Below, piece by piece: positions 34,370 through 43,824 of a stretch of DNA of 64,000 bases (position 1 is its first letter; every line of letters begins with the position of its first letter). The notes beneath the pieces were generated by a model that did no database searches, was not told the origin of the DNA, and was given only the letters and a program-made list of their open reading frames with translations. The position numbers and the translations under genes were made by a program. The stretch comes from a virus. Lineage: Duplodnaviria; Heunggongvirae; Uroviricota; Caudoviricetes. The stretch covers positions 11,576-75,575 of the IMG/VR virus record IMGVR_UViG_3300050187_000003. One strand, given 5' to 3'.

Positions 34370-35520
34370 CGGGTGACCCGGATGGGCCGGATGGGCATGA
34401 TCAGGTAGCGGTAGCTGGTGTCAGGGCTGTCGTCGTCGCCGAGCGGGGCGAGCACTGCCGGTTTGACAGCGTCCACGAACGAGAAGTGCCCCCGCTTCGA
34501 GCCGACCGCGTGGAGGCCGTCGATCAGGTACTGCGGGTTGAAACCGATGGTCAGCGGCTCGCCGGTGAAGGCTGCCTCCATCGCCTCACTGGCCCGGGCA
34601 TCCTCGGTCCCGCCCGCCTCGACAACCAGCCCGTCGGCGCTGAAACTGAGCAGCACCGGCGTAGCGCGTTCGGCGACCAGAGCGACCCGTTTCACCACTT
34701 CGCCCATGTGCGCGACGTCGACGACGGCGGTGGCGTTGACGACGGTCGGGAACAGGCTGCGGACGGGCGGATAGTTGGTGCCGTCCAGCAGTCGGGTGGT
34801 GGTGGTACGAAGGGGTCCGGCGAATCCGGCGACACCGTCCCGGGTGGTTTCGCCGAGTCCGATCCGGACGACCCCGGCGGCTGCCCCGAGGGCTTTGGCG
34901 GCGGCTGCGAGGGTGGACGCTGGCACCAGCGCGGTCAGGTTGATGTTTGCGTCTGTGGGCTGCCATTCGATCTCCCGGACCGCGAGCCGGTACCGGTCGG
35001 TGGCCAGCAGGGACATTTGTCCGGCGGACAGTTCGACGCGGACGCCGGTCATCATCGGCAACGAACCGTCCCGGCCCGCGGCGACCGCGACCTGCGCGAC
35101 GGCGGCGGCGAAGGCCGGCGCGTCGACACCGCCGGCGCTGGCTGGCATGTCCGGCAGCGTCGGGTAGTCCTCCACCGGCATCGTGGGCAGGGTGAATCGT
35201 GCACTGCCACAGACCAGTTCGAGGTGCGCGCCGACCGCTGCGAGGTCGACGGGCTTGGCGGGCAGCGCCTTCGTGATCTCGGCGAGCAGCCGGCCGGACA
35301 CAAGACCATCGAGCCCGTCGTCGTCGGCGCGGGTGACGCCGCCGACGACGACGGTGGTCGACACCTCGTAGTCGAAGCCAGACACCTTCAGGGTGCCGTC
35401 GGAGGTGAGGGTGAGGTGGGCACCGGATAGGACTGGCACCGCCGGCCTGGACGGCAATGCCCTGGCTACCGCGGTGGCCGCGTCGGCAAGTTCCCGGGGG
35501 TCGTTGATACGGACAGTCAT
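34366..35520 (-). CDS. dnaN: DNA polymerase III beta sliding clamp (DnaN)
   Basis: 384 aa. Start MTVRINDPRELADAATAVARALPSRPAVPVLSGAHLTL... has three-domain clamp-like organisation and ends ...YRYLIMPIRPIRVTR. Confidence 0.7.
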   Translation of the reverse strand: MTVRINDPRELADAATAVARALPSRPAVPVLSGAHLTLTSDGTLKVSGFDYEVSTTVVVGGVTRADDDGLDGLVSGRLLAEITKALPAKPVDLAAVGAHLELVCGSARFTLPTMPVEDYPTLPDMPASAGGVDAPAFAAAVAQVAVAAGRDGSLPMMTGVRVELSAGQMSLLATDRYRLAVREIEWQPTDANINLTALVPASTLAAAAKALGAAAGVVRIGLGETTRDGVAGFAGPLRTTTTRLLDGTNYPPVRSLFPTVVNATAVVDVAHMGEVVKRVALVAERATPVLLSFSADGLVVEAGGTEDARASEAMEAAFTGEPLTIGFNPQYLIDGLHAVGSKRGHFSFVDAVKPAVLAPLGDDDSPDTSYRYLIMPIRPIRVTR

Positions 35521-35882
35521 GCGGGCTCTCCCGTGGGGTTTTTGCGGTAGACAAGTCGCAGCGGTCCGGCCTGTTTCAGCAGGTTTTCGCGTTCGCAGGC
35601 GTAGCGGTCGCTGTCGATGAGCACGTTGTTGTCGCCGACATCGACGAGCAACGGGTTGCCGAACCGGTCGACCCACACGTCGCCGTGGATGGGCGGCCAT
35701 TCCGGAGGGGCGACCACGGTTACGGTGACCGATTTTCCGAGGTGTACTTTGATGCCGGTGTCAGGGTCGTCCAGGGTGAGGAGCACCCAGGCGCCGGGTT
35801 GTGAGTCTGCGACCTTGCCCCGGATCGTGACGTCGAGCACGGTGTTCGGCTCGTAGCGGGTCGGCGGGGTGGGCGGACTCAT
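35517..35882 (-). CDS. hypothetical beta-rich protein, paralog of 42015..42317
   Basis: VADSQPGAWVLLTLDDPDTGIKVHLGKSVTVTVVAPPEWPPI is shared with the second copy. RBS GGGAGA upstream. Confidence 0.45.
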   Translation of the reverse strand: MSPPTPPTRYEPNTVLDVTIRGKVADSQPGAWVLLTLDDPDTGIKVHLGKSVTVTVVAPPEWPPIHGDVWVDRFGNPLLVDVGDNNVLIDSDRYACERENLLKQAGPLRLVYRKNPTGEPA

Positions 35883-35940
35883 CAGGATTCTCCCGTGGGC
35901 GTGGTGGTTTTGCGGTGGTTGCCGGCCCAGGCAAAGGCGC

Positions 35941-36309
35941 TCACCGGGATGCCTCATCGGCGGATGCCTGTCGGTGCAGGCTGGTCGCGAGTTGGTCGAG
36001 CTCTTCGGCGTGCTGGGCGGCTGCGGCCAGCCGGCACTCCCACCGGGTGGCATCGCCAACCGCGTCTATTACCTCCAGCCACTCCAGGTCTAGGTCGCCG
36101 TCGTAGCCAGGGTTCGCGCGGTCGACCGGGTGGTCCGCCTCACGGTCGGCGGACAGGGCGGCGTCCAGGCGCAGTTGAGCGGCGGACAGGTAGCGGCGGT
36201 AGCGGCGGACGGTGCACCACAGTTGCTCGGCTGTCGTCAAGGCGTCCCGTACGGCGTCAGGGTGGACGTGGCGCCGGCTACGCGGGACGCCTGGGTGGTG
36301 ATCGGCCAT
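35941..36309 (-). CDS. hypothetical protein (122 aa)
   Basis: Internal start MADHHPGV... with RBS AAAGGAAC. The upstream part of the longer ORF is Arg-rich junk. Confidence 0.35.
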   Translation of the reverse strand: MADHHPGVPRSRRHVHPDAVRDALTTAEQLWCTVRRYRRYLSAAQLRLDAALSADREADHPVDRANPGYDGDLDLEWLEVIDAVGDATRWECRLAAAAQHAEELDQLATSLHRQASADEASR

Positions 36310-36398
36310 GTCAGGTTCCTTTCTGCTGTGCGGTTCGGGCTGGTCGGATACCGCTCGCCCCGGGAGTGCTGGGTCCGGGACTGCGGAACGCCGGCCAG

Positions 36399-36653
36399 TC
36401 AGTCCTGGAGGACGATGGTGGGCTGATCGGGGAGCACCCACACGGCGTCGGCGTGCTTGAGATGTTCGTGGAAACCCATCGGGTCGCTGTCGCCGCTGTC
36501 GAACCAGCGTTCCTCCGGGTTTGCTCCCCACCGACCGGCTTCGGCGTCGTCCCGCCAGACGACCTTGTGCTCGTCGGGGCACACCAGGATGACGATCCTG
36601 GTGCCGTCTGGCGGTTCGGACATGTGGCGGTTGATGGTCTGTTCGGTGTGCAC
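36399..36653 (-). CDS. hypothetical protein (84 aa)
   Basis: Plausible small acidic protein. The start overlaps the upstream stop. Confidence 0.3.
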   Translation of the reverse strand: MHTEQTINRHMSEPPDGTRIVILVCPDEHKVVWRDDAEAGRWGANPEERWFDSGDSDPMGFHEHLKHADAVWVLPDQPTIVLQD

Positions 36654-36656
36654 AGG

Positions 36657-36896
36657 TCAGTCCTCCTCGGGTAGTGCGCGGATCTGGGCGGCGGTGTCCG
36701 CCCAGTCAGTCAGGTCAATGTCGATGTCGTCGGGGGTGAGTGCTGCGGTGGCGGTGTGGCGGCGGCTGATTTCGTCGTCCGCCTCGCAGAGGGGGCAGAC
36801 GCATGCACCCGATCGGATGTCGCGGACGATCTGGGTGAGGATCACAGCTGCGACGGCCAGGGCCAGCGCGACGGCGACCGTCATGGCAGCAGACAT
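36657..36896 (-). CDS. small membrane protein with CxxC motif
   Basis: MSAAMTVAVALALAVAAVILTQIV...ACVCPLCEADDE. Confidence 0.3.
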   Translation of the reverse strand: MSAAMTVAVALALAVAAVILTQIVRDIRSGACVCPLCEADDEISRRHTATAALTPDDIDIDLTDWADTAAQIRALPEED

Positions 36897-37182
36897 CGCG
36901 TCACCACCGGCACCCATGAGGCGTTGCAGGCGCACGACTCGTGTGGGGTCATGGCCCCGCAGCAGGGCAGCTCGCGGGCTGCGGGCCACACGTGGACGGT
37001 GCCGTCTCGGGTGATGGCCACGCCCTCCACTCCCGGGGGCAGCGGTGTGCTGGTCGGGGTTTCCATGTCCCGCGAATAGCCAACCCCCGTGTCGGCGCCG
37101 CTCACCGGTCGGCCCCGACGGACCAGACGATCGCGGCGAGGACCGCCGCTGTCTGGTCCGGGTCCAGCCCGGACACCCTTGA

Positions 37183-37533
37183 TCACGGCGTCACCTCTGG
37201 CGGCTGCCCCGCGCCCCCGCAGCCGACACGCCCTGACCGGACCCGCTCCACCTGATGTGGCTGAATCCGACCCCCAACATCAAGTGCCCACACGTCGCCG
37301 CATCCGGGGCACACCCCGGTCGAATCCGGCTCATCGCCGAGTACAGATGCCGGTAGCGGCGGTATGACCGCGGACAGCCGTTGACATTCGGCACACACCC
37401 GCGCCGGGGGAATCTGGTGAAGTGGGATGGACTGCAACGCCGCACCGCACACCGCCAGACCGGGCTGGACGCTGCGCACCCAGTGCGCAACGGTGGCACC
37501 CTCACGGCCGTATCCGGTCAGCGGTCCAGGCAC
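37183..37533 (-). CDS. hypothetical zinc-ribbon protein
   Basis: CAECQR...CPGCGD Cys4 pattern. Uncertain start. Confidence 0.25.
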   Translation of the reverse strand: MPGPLTGYGREGATVAHWVRSVQPGLAVCGAALQSIPLHQIPPARVCAECQRLSAVIPPLPASVLGDEPDSTGVCPGCGDVWALDVGGRIQPHQVERVRSGRVGCGGAGQPPEVTP

Positions 37534-37850
37534 GACGCCACCTCCTCACTGTGTCGTAACGTGAACCGGTGGACACGCCCGTCAGCCGCGACGACCAGCC
37601 GGACCGGCGTCGTCTGTCCCGTGGCGGTGGTGCCGCGTTCCACCGGGGTGGTACCGCCCCAAATGCCGTACGGCTCACGGCGCTCCACCGCGTACCGCAG
37701 GCACTCGACTTGCACCGGGCAGCGACGGCAGACCCGCTTCGCAGCCGCCGAATTTTTGGCGTTGACGGTCGGCTCAGGGTGGTATAGCGCGGGATCCGCG
37801 CCCCGACACGCGGCGTGTTTCCACCACGGGGCAACGTCGATGACGCTCAC
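37518..37850 (-). CDS. WhiB-like Fe-S transcription factor (copy 2)
   Basis: GTG start with GGAAAGG RBS. ...HAACRGADPALYHP...AKRVCRRCPVQVECLRYAVERREPYGIWGG. Confidence 0.55.
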   Translation of the reverse strand: MSVIDVAPWWKHAACRGADPALYHPEPTVNAKNSAAAKRVCRRCPVQVECLRYAVERREPYGIWGGTTPVERGTTATGQTTPVRLVVAADGRVHRFTLRHSEEVASCLDR

Positions 37851-38137
37851 CGGGCGAACCTTTCCCCTGTGCGGCGATTGACGTCGCGCCGTTCGTCTTC
37901 GGAGAGTCCACCCCACACCCCGGAGTCCTGCCCGGTGTCCAGCGCCCACCGCAGGCACTCGTTGCTCACCGGGCAGCGACGGCAAACAGATTTCGCCTGC
38001 TCGACCTGCTGGATGGCCGGCCCGGACGTTCCGACCGGGAAGAACAACTCTGGGGGTTCGTTGCGGCAAACGGCGTGGTGCTGCCAGTGTCCGATGGATG
38101 TGCTGTTGTGGTGGTTTCGGACGTTGCCGTACCGCAT
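37847..38137 (-). CDS. WhiB-like Fe-S transcription factor (copy 1)
   Basis: ...HAVCRNEPPELFFP...AKSVCRRCPVSNECLRWALDTGQDSGVWGGLSEDERR. Its stop overlaps the GTG of copy 2. Confidence 0.55.
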   Translation of the reverse strand: MRYGNVRNHHNSTSIGHWQHHAVCRNEPPELFFPVGTSGPAIQQVEQAKSVCRRCPVSNECLRWALDTGQDSGVWGGLSEDERRDVNRRTGERFAR

Positions 38138-38145
38138 GCCCCGGC

Positions 38146-38664
38146 TCACCGCAGAACCCCGTTCGCGACAGCCAACAACACATCGGCGTGACACGCCTCG
38201 GACAGTGGACACCAGCACGCCAAGTCCCGGCCAGCGAGCTCGGCGCGCACCATCTCCGGCGTTACATACTCGCGGCGACGAGACTTCACCGGCCCCGTCC
38301 AGTAGCCGAGGAACCGTCCGCCTGGCGACGCGGCCAGCATCGACGGTGTGGGATCACCCAGCAGTGCACGCCGATGCGTTTCGACGCACTCGGCGCGGGT
38401 CATGTACCGCACCTTGTGTCGTGTGACCCGGCCGTCGGGGTGGTGGATGTCGTGGTCGTCGCCGTCGGCGGAAACCCGGCCTTCGTACTCCCACTCCGCT
38501 GCCGGGTCGATACCGCCCGGCACGCGGGCGAGACCGGTGTAGGTGCGGTGCCCGAACGGGTTGCCCCACTTGGTGGGGCGGCCGACGTAGATGGCGCCTT
38601 CCGGCATTCGCCAGCCGGCGGCGCGGCTGCGCTGGACACGGCGGGGCAGGGTCGTGATGGTCAT
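38146..38664 (-). CDS. DUF4326-like domain protein
   Basis: C-terminal motif GRDLACWCPLSEACHADVLLAVANG is typical of DUF4326. Internal start MTITTL... Confidence 0.5.
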   Translation of the reverse strand: MTITTLPRRVQRSRAAGWRMPEGAIYVGRPTKWGNPFGHRTYTGLARVPGGIDPAAEWEYEGRVSADGDDHDIHHPDGRVTRHKVRYMTRAECVETHRRALLGDPTPSMLAASPGGRFLGYWTGPVKSRRREYVTPEMVRAELAGRDLACWCPLSEACHADVLLAVANGVLR

Positions 38665-38924
38665 CGGCTGGTTTCCTTCCATGCGGCGGGACGGCAATAG
38701 CGGAGCCACATTGCGGCCGGCAGCAGCGCCGCCAACCCGACAACCAGGCCGGGCGCAGGGAAACCGGCCAGTACGGTCAGCAGCCCGGACACGGCCAGGC
38801 AGCCGGTAGAGGCCAGCCACAGGCGACCCTCAGCGGGCCGTCCGGCCTCGAAGAATCCGCCGAGTGACGTCAGGATGCCGGCGGCCAGCATGGCGACTGC
38901 TGCGGCGGTGAACGTGAACGTCAT
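38661..38924 (-). CDS. small membrane protein (3 predicted TM segments)
   Basis: MTFTFTAAAVAMLAAGILTSLGGFF...LAVSGLLTVLAGF...LVVGLAALLPAAMWL. Confidence 0.35.
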   Translation of the reverse strand: MTFTFTAAAVAMLAAGILTSLGGFFEAGRPAEGRLWLASTGCLAVSGLLTVLAGFPAPGLVVGLAALLPAAMWLRYCRPAAWKETSR

Positions 38925-40036
38925 GCCGGCACCGCCACGACCGCGGCCGGGAACTCGTCCCACGTGCGGCCGTCCAACTCGCGGCCAGCACGCCCTCTGA
39001 CGACCCGCCACGGCCGGTCCCGGTCCCACGCGCTGGTGCCATTGACGACGTCCCAGTCCATGAACGTGTCGGCGGGCATCTGCGATGGCGGTACGTGATC
39101 ACCCCACTGCTTCAGGAAAAAGGGGGTGCCAGCGGCGGTCACCTGGTCTCGTAGGTCGCGTACCCAAGCGAGTTCCATCGGCCGGGACTTCGGCCCGGTC
39201 TCACCGCCGACGACAACCCAACCCAGGCTGGCCCGGCGCTCCCATGCCCCTCCGACGCGCTCCATGCCATCGATGTGCGCGCCATCCGGGGCGTCCAGCA
39301 GCGGATCGGTGACCGGCCGCGTCCACGCTAGGTGTTCGCTCAGGTCGACGTGCCCGAGTAGCGGCTCCATCGACAGCCACCGCACAGCAGCCGGGGTGCC
39401 CAGCAGTGCCGGGATACGCAGGTCGGCGGTCTTCTGATCCTCCACCGACACACCCACATGCAGATTCGGCAACGGCCAGCCGTGGATCACTGATTCGATC
39501 TGGTCCCACAGCACGGCGTTCTTCCGGCGCTGGTACTCGGCGGCCACCCGGCGGGGGACCTGCACCCCGTCGACCTCACCGGCTGCCAGTAGGTACGCCT
39601 GGTCGAGAACCTGGATGCGGAACGATGGCGAGTTCAGCAGCGATCGCATCCGACAGTGCCGCTTCGTCAACAGCTGAAAAGTGTGCTGCGGCGCCATCGC
39701 CATGACGGCGAACACCTGGGCGATGAAGGTCTCGGGGACGTCCTTGTGGAACAGGTCGGACTGCGAGTTGACGAAGATTCGCTGCGGTTTGCGGACCTTC
39801 AACGGGTCGGCCAGACGGCCCGGGAGGAGGTTGATGCGGCCGGTCCAGTCGAGGCGTCCGTCGCGACGTTCGGTGAGCCCGGCGAACGCGGTGGAGATTT
39901 TCGGGTTGGGGTGGCCGGCTCGGATGGTCGCGGTGTTGATGGCGTAGCAGCCGTCACATCCGGCGGACACGCGTTCGCAGCCGAGTAACGCATTCCATGT
40001 CAGATCGGCCCATTCTATGCGGGTCTGGGTGCTCAT
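38921..40036 (-). CDS. phage Gp37/Gp68-family protein (DUF5131-like)
   Basis: MSTQTRIEWADLTWNALLGCERVSAGCDGCYAI... is the conserved N-terminus of this family. 371 aa. Confidence 0.55.
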   Translation of the reverse strand: MSTQTRIEWADLTWNALLGCERVSAGCDGCYAINTATIRAGHPNPKISTAFAGLTERRDGRLDWTGRINLLPGRLADPLKVRKPQRIFVNSQSDLFHKDVPETFIAQVFAVMAMAPQHTFQLLTKRHCRMRSLLNSPSFRIQVLDQAYLLAAGEVDGVQVPRRVAAEYQRRKNAVLWDQIESVIHGWPLPNLHVGVSVEDQKTADLRIPALLGTPAAVRWLSMEPLLGHVDLSEHLAWTRPVTDPLLDAPDGAHIDGMERVGGAWERRASLGWVVVGGETGPKSRPMELAWVRDLRDQVTAAGTPFFLKQWGDHVPPSQMPADTFMDWDVVNGTSAWDRDRPWRVVRGRAGRELDGRTWDEFPAAVVAVPA

Positions 40037-40047
40037 CGGGGGTCTCC

Positions 40048-40302
40048 TCAGTGGTCTGGGTTGGTGAGGTGGGCGCAGCAGCCGGCGAGCCATCCGCCTT
40101 CGCCGTCGGCCCGGATCAGGTCTCCGGCGGCGAACGGCTGGTCGCACACACATCTGCCGGGCCAGCGGGCCGCGATGATCGGCCCGGGACCTTCGCCGTC
40201 ACCGCGGCGGGTGGTCGCCGGTTCGGCGTCGAGGTCGGGGATGTTGCGGCAGTGGGCGCAGCCCGACTTGAAAAGCTCGGTCAACTCGCATAGGTCATCC
40301 AC
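40048..40302 (-). CDS. small Cys-rich protein
   Basis: CAHCR...CVCD...CCAH pattern. 84 aa. Confidence 0.3.
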   Translation of the reverse strand: MDDLCELTELFKSGCAHCRNIPDLDAEPATTRRGDGEGPGPIIAARWPGRCVCDQPFAAGDLIRADGEGGWLAGCCAHLTNPDH

Positions 40303-40948
40303 GGTCCACCGCCGTGCAGTCCAGGCACTCGCCGGTCACATCCGGTGCCGGCATCCCGTGGATTGCGGCAGCTACCTCGTCGTTGGTGATGTCGCCGAGG
40401 AACCGCCCGCAGCCGTTGCAGGCCCGTTTCACCGTGAACCGGCGGCCGGTTGCGGTACGCACCTCCGGTGTCCACGTCCGACCCGGCGGAACACCTTCGA
40501 GGTCAACGACAGTGACGGTGACGTTGCCGCGAGGCGGTGCCGGGTCGTGCACATCAAGGTGGTAGCCGTCGAGATACTTCGGGTTGTCGTCCGGGATCAG
40601 CCCGTAGCCGACGGCCGCTGCCCCATTCGATTTGCCGGACGGCATCCGAACGAACGGCGGCCCGAACCCGTCGACGATGGCTTTGCAGGTGGGCCGCAGG
40701 TTGTCGGGGTCACGCAGGTTGCTGTTCGGCGGCTGGATGATGATGTCGATCCGAACCCGGCGCAGCCCGGTGGGGAGCTTCGCCTGTTTCGCGGAGGCCC
40801 ACGTGGCGGTGCGCCACGAGGACACGGCGGCGGCGTGGGTGTGCCGGTTGCGGCGGTGGTTCGCGGAGATGAACTCGGCAGGCGGTGGGAGGTTGACCGT
40901 CCAGATGCGGGGCTTGAAGGACACGGCGGTCATCGGGCACCACGCCAC
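40295..40948 (-). CDS. RusA-like Holliday junction resolvase
   Basis: VRIDIIIQPPNSNLRDPDNLRPTCKAIVDGF...LIPDDNPKYL matches the RusA catalytic Asp pattern. Confidence 0.45.
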   Translation of the reverse strand: MAWCPMTAVSFKPRIWTVNLPPPAEFISANHRRNRHTHAAAVSSWRTATWASAKQAKLPTGLRRVRIDIIIQPPNSNLRDPDNLRPTCKAIVDGFGPPFVRMPSGKSNGAAAVGYGLIPDDNPKYLDGYHLDVHDPAPPRGNVTVTVVDLEGVPPGRTWTPEVRTATGRRFTVKRACNGCGRFLGDITNDEVAAAIHGMPAPDVTGECLDCTAVDRG

Positions 40949-41433
40949 TCGGCAACCGGGTCGAGTTGCGCTGTGACAGCCTCAACCGTTTTCGCGGTGG
41001 GCGTCCACACCCCGAGCGCCCCACGGCAGTGCACCGGGTGTTTCAGTGGGCGCACACGGGTCAGGACCAGATGCACGGCCTGGCGGGTGCTGCGGGGGCC
41101 GTGGTGCCACAGCTCACCCCACGGCTGGCAGCAACCCGCCGGATGTGTGTGGTTGACGTCGATTAGTTCGGCGTGGTGTACGTCAACGAGTTCGGCGACG
41201 GCGATGACCGCGCCGAGCGGACGCCCGGCGCTGGCGTTGGCGCCCCGCAGCGCCCGGACACGCGGGTCCGACTCGGCGTGCACGTCGACCTTGCGGCCGG
41301 CGTGGATGAGCAGCGGTCCACGCCATTCGGTTCCGGCGCCCCGGTTCTCCACCCTCTTCGCGGCGTCCGCAGTGGTGGCGATGCAGGACGCCCATGGCTC
41401 CTGAACGGTGATCGCCCGGTGATGCCCGGTCAT
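40930..41433 (-). CDS. ASCH-domain (PUA-like) protein
   Basis: ITVQEPWASCIATTADAAKRVENRGAGTEWRGPLLIHAG fits the ASCH pattern. Confidence 0.4.
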   Translation of the reverse strand: MTGHHRAITVQEPWASCIATTADAAKRVENRGAGTEWRGPLLIHAGRKVDVHAESDPRVRALRGANASAGRPLGAVIAVAELVDVHHAELIDVNHTHPAGCCQPWGELWHHGPRSTRQAVHLVLTRVRPLKHPVHCRGALGVWTPTAKTVEAVTAQLDPVAEWRGAR

Positions 41434-41500
41434 CGGGCACCGTCCAGGGCTGCGGCCGGCATCGGCCCTGCGATGACGCACAAGTCACGCAGCCAGGACA

Positions 41501-41746
41501 TCACGCCACCGCCTCAACGTTGTGCGGGCACCGGGCCAGCATCAGCGGGTAGAACTCCCGCCCGTACCGAACGTGGTCGACATGCACCACGTGCACCCCT
41601 CGGGCGCGGGCGTGGCGCTCATCGACCCGGGTGTCGTACATGGCGTCCCACGCGGCTTCTTCGGTTCGGCAGCGCGAGGTCTGCTCCACCAGCCCGAACG
41701 GGCATTCGCAGGCGTTGAGAAACACGAAGTGCCAGCGGGCCATCAC
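41501..41746 (-). CDS. hypothetical protein (81 aa)
   Basis: ORF only. Confidence 0.25.
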   Translation of the reverse strand: MMARWHFVFLNACECPFGLVEQTSRCRTEEAAWDAMYDTRVDERHARARGVHVVHVDHVRYGREFYPLMLARCPHNVEAVA

Positions 41747-42051
41747 GCCTCCTTCGGGGCGGCGTACTCGGCCAGCGCTTCGTCGAGCCCGACGACCCGA
41801 CCCGGCTTGTAGTCCCGCGCGTATCCGCGTGGCGCCGCCGTCACGACCCCGTCGGCGTCGAGCTCGAAGTAGTCGTACGTGGTGGTCTGCGACGTCGACG
41901 TGCCCCGAGTGGACGCCAGCACGCGGATCAGGTACCCGCCGTTATTGCGCCGGGCCACGGCCGGGCAGAACTTCTCGCCCCAGAAGTAGCTGGCCAACTG
42001 GAAGCGGCGATCGATCATGGAGAACGGGATGGTCGGCACGGTCTTGGGCAT
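41743..42051 (-). CDS. hypothetical protein (about 102 aa)
   Basis: Internal start MPKTVPTIPFSMIDRRFQLASYFWGEKF... Confidence 0.3.
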   Translation of the reverse strand: MPKTVPTIPFSMIDRRFQLASYFWGEKFCPAVARRNNGGYLIRVLASTRGTSTSQTTTYDYFELDADGVVTAAPRGYARDYKPGRVVGLDEALAEYAAPKEA

Positions 42052-42317
42052 GGTTGCCTCCTCAGGCGGTAGGGAAGTCGGCACCCGCAGGCGCCGGAAG
42101 GGCAGATAGGAACGTGACGCCAGTCCGGAGTGTCCTCGATCGGCGGCCACTCCGGCGGGGCAACCACGGTGACGGTGACCCCTTCACCGAGGTACACCTT
42201 GATCGGGTCCTGGGTGGGCAGGTCGAGCACCACCCAGGCTCCGGGCTCGGAGTCGACGATCCGGCCTTCCACTGTGACCTTGGCGAGGGTTTTGTTCTCG
42301 TAGCTGATCTCGGCCAT
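42015..42317 (-). CDS. hypothetical beta-rich protein, paralog of 35517..35882 (divergent C-terminus)
   Basis: VDSEPGAWVVLDLPTQDPIKVYLGEGVTVTVVAPPEWPPI is shared with the other copy. The DNA is about 75% identical over roughly 130 bp. Confidence 0.4.
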   Translation of the reverse strand: MAEISYENKTLAKVTVEGRIVDSEPGAWVVLDLPTQDPIKVYLGEGVTVTVVAPPEWPPIEDTPDWRHVPICPSGACGCRLPYRLRRQPCPRPCRPSRSP

Positions 42318-42877
42318 CAGACCGCCTCCTTCGCCTGCTGCTCGGCCGCCTCAACAGCCTCCAACGCGGCGTGGAACTCCGACAGGCGACGCGGCGTCCA
42401 CGTGCACGTCGCCGACGAGTTGAGCAAGTCGCCCGGCTTGCCCCGGTAGCAGGCCCACAGCGTCCCGTCCTGCTCGAAGATCACCGGCTCGTAGTTCAGG
42501 ACCCGCCCGCCGCCGGCCGGGCGGGTCGAGAAACGGGGCAGACCATGACCGGTCAGAACAGCGCGGACGTCCGACGGCTGATGCGCCTCCAACCAGGCAC
42601 GGGCGTTGTCGCCCGGCATGCCGCGACGGGGTTCCAGGTTGCCGCGCACAAGACGCCACCCGTCGGGCACTTGGCCGCTGCCGTCCGGGATCAGGGCGAT
42701 AATCCGGTCGCGGGCGTGGAAGATGCCCTGGCGGACGATGGTGCCCTTGGCGCCGGGCATGGCGTCGATTGCGGCCCGCATCGTCTGGTGGTGGGCGTGT
42801 TCGGCGGTCATCGTGTCCCGCCAGGCGGCGAGCGCAGCCGGGTCGGTGGTGGAGTAGGCGTACCGGTCGCTCATCAC
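42317..42877 (-). CDS. hypothetical protein (186 aa)
   Basis: ORF with protein-like composition. Start overlaps the upstream stop. Confidence 0.35.
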   Translation of the reverse strand: MMSDRYAYSTTDPAALAAWRDTMTAEHAHHQTMRAAIDAMPGAKGTIVRQGIFHARDRIIALIPDGSGQVPDGWRLVRGNLEPRRGMPGDNARAWLEAHQPSDVRAVLTGHGLPRFSTRPAGGGRVLNYEPVIFEQDGTLWACYRGKPGDLLNSSATCTWTPRRLSEFHAALEAVEAAEQQAKEAV

Positions 42878-43287
42878 GCCACCCGCCGCCCGGCGTCCTG
42901 CGCCAACTCGTACAGCCGCTCGTGTTCCTCGCCCGACAGCGCCTCCGCCTTGTCCTCGAACTGGGCTGCGTGCTCGCTGGCGGTCTCACCGTCCAACTCC
43001 TTCAGCCGGGGGTCGTCGAGGTAGCGGCACGGGTAGTTCTCGACCGCGTAGTCGTTGCCCTCGTTCTCGCGCTTGTGCAGGTGCATCAGCGCCGCGCCCT
43101 TGTCGATGTCGGACATGTCGTCCCAGCCGGGCAGGGAGATGAACGCGAGCCGGTCGGCTGCGGCTACGAACGTCCGGGCTGCCTCGACCAGGGCCGCGTC
43201 GGAGGTGTCTTGGCTTGCGGTGTGCGCCTGGAGCGCGGTGCGGGCGTCGGCTACGGCAGTTCGGGCTTCGGCCAGATCGTTGGTCAT
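42874..43287 (-). CDS. hypothetical acidic helical protein (137 aa)
   Basis: ORF, start/stop coupled to its neighbour. Confidence 0.35.
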   Translation of the reverse strand: MTNDLAEARTAVADARTALQAHTASQDTSDAALVEAARTFVAAADRLAFISLPGWDDMSDIDKGAALMHLHKRENEGNDYAVENYPCRYLDDPRLKELDGETASEHAAQFEDKAEALSGEEHERLYELAQDAGRRVA

Positions 43288-43323
43288 TGGTTGCCTCCTG
43301 GGGCGTTGGGTGGGGGGAGGGTG

Positions 43324-43824
43324 CTACCTGGAGCTGGTGGCGGTGGAGCGGACGATGCGCTGCACCGGAATCCCGGCCGTTGTCATGCGGCGGATGCAGT
43401 CAGCGGTGCCCGACGAGTTGTCGAGATGGAAGGCAACACCCCGGTCGGGGTTGTCGGCGACCATCACCCCGTTGCGGTAGTTGCCGGCGGCCGGGCAGTA
43501 CCCGGTGCCGTCAGTGCGGATACGGCGATGCTGTGGCCGGCAGCCGGTCTGGCAGGGTGCCGACCAGTCCGCCGGGTACACCCGCTCCGACACGTCCAGC
43601 GGGTGCGGCAGGTCGTGCACCCAGCGGTGGGCCAGCCAGTCCCCTGACCGGGCCGGGATACGACCGGTAGCCGGATCAGGTTTCGGGTAGCAGCCGCCGT
43701 GCATCACGACAAGGCCGGAAGCGCCTTGGGTGACAGCGCTGCTGGCGTAGCCGTCCAAGACGTCACGGAGCAGCCCGGCATCCGTCCAGGCACGAGAAGC
43801 GGTCACCAGCAGACGGAAGATCAT
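43324..43824 (-). CDS. DUF2493 / SLOG-family (YspA-like) protein
   Basis: LLVTASRAWTD...GLVVMHGGC...WAHRW...AAGNYRNGVMV matches the SLOG/DUF2493 pattern. Confidence 0.4.
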   Translation of the reverse strand: MIFRLLVTASRAWTDAGLLRDVLDGYASSAVTQGASGLVVMHGGCYPKPDPATGRIPARSGDWLAHRWVHDLPHPLDVSERVYPADWSAPCQTGCRPQHRRIRTDGTGYCPAAGNYRNGVMVADNPDRGVAFHLDNSSGTADCIRRMTTAGIPVQRIVRSTATSSR

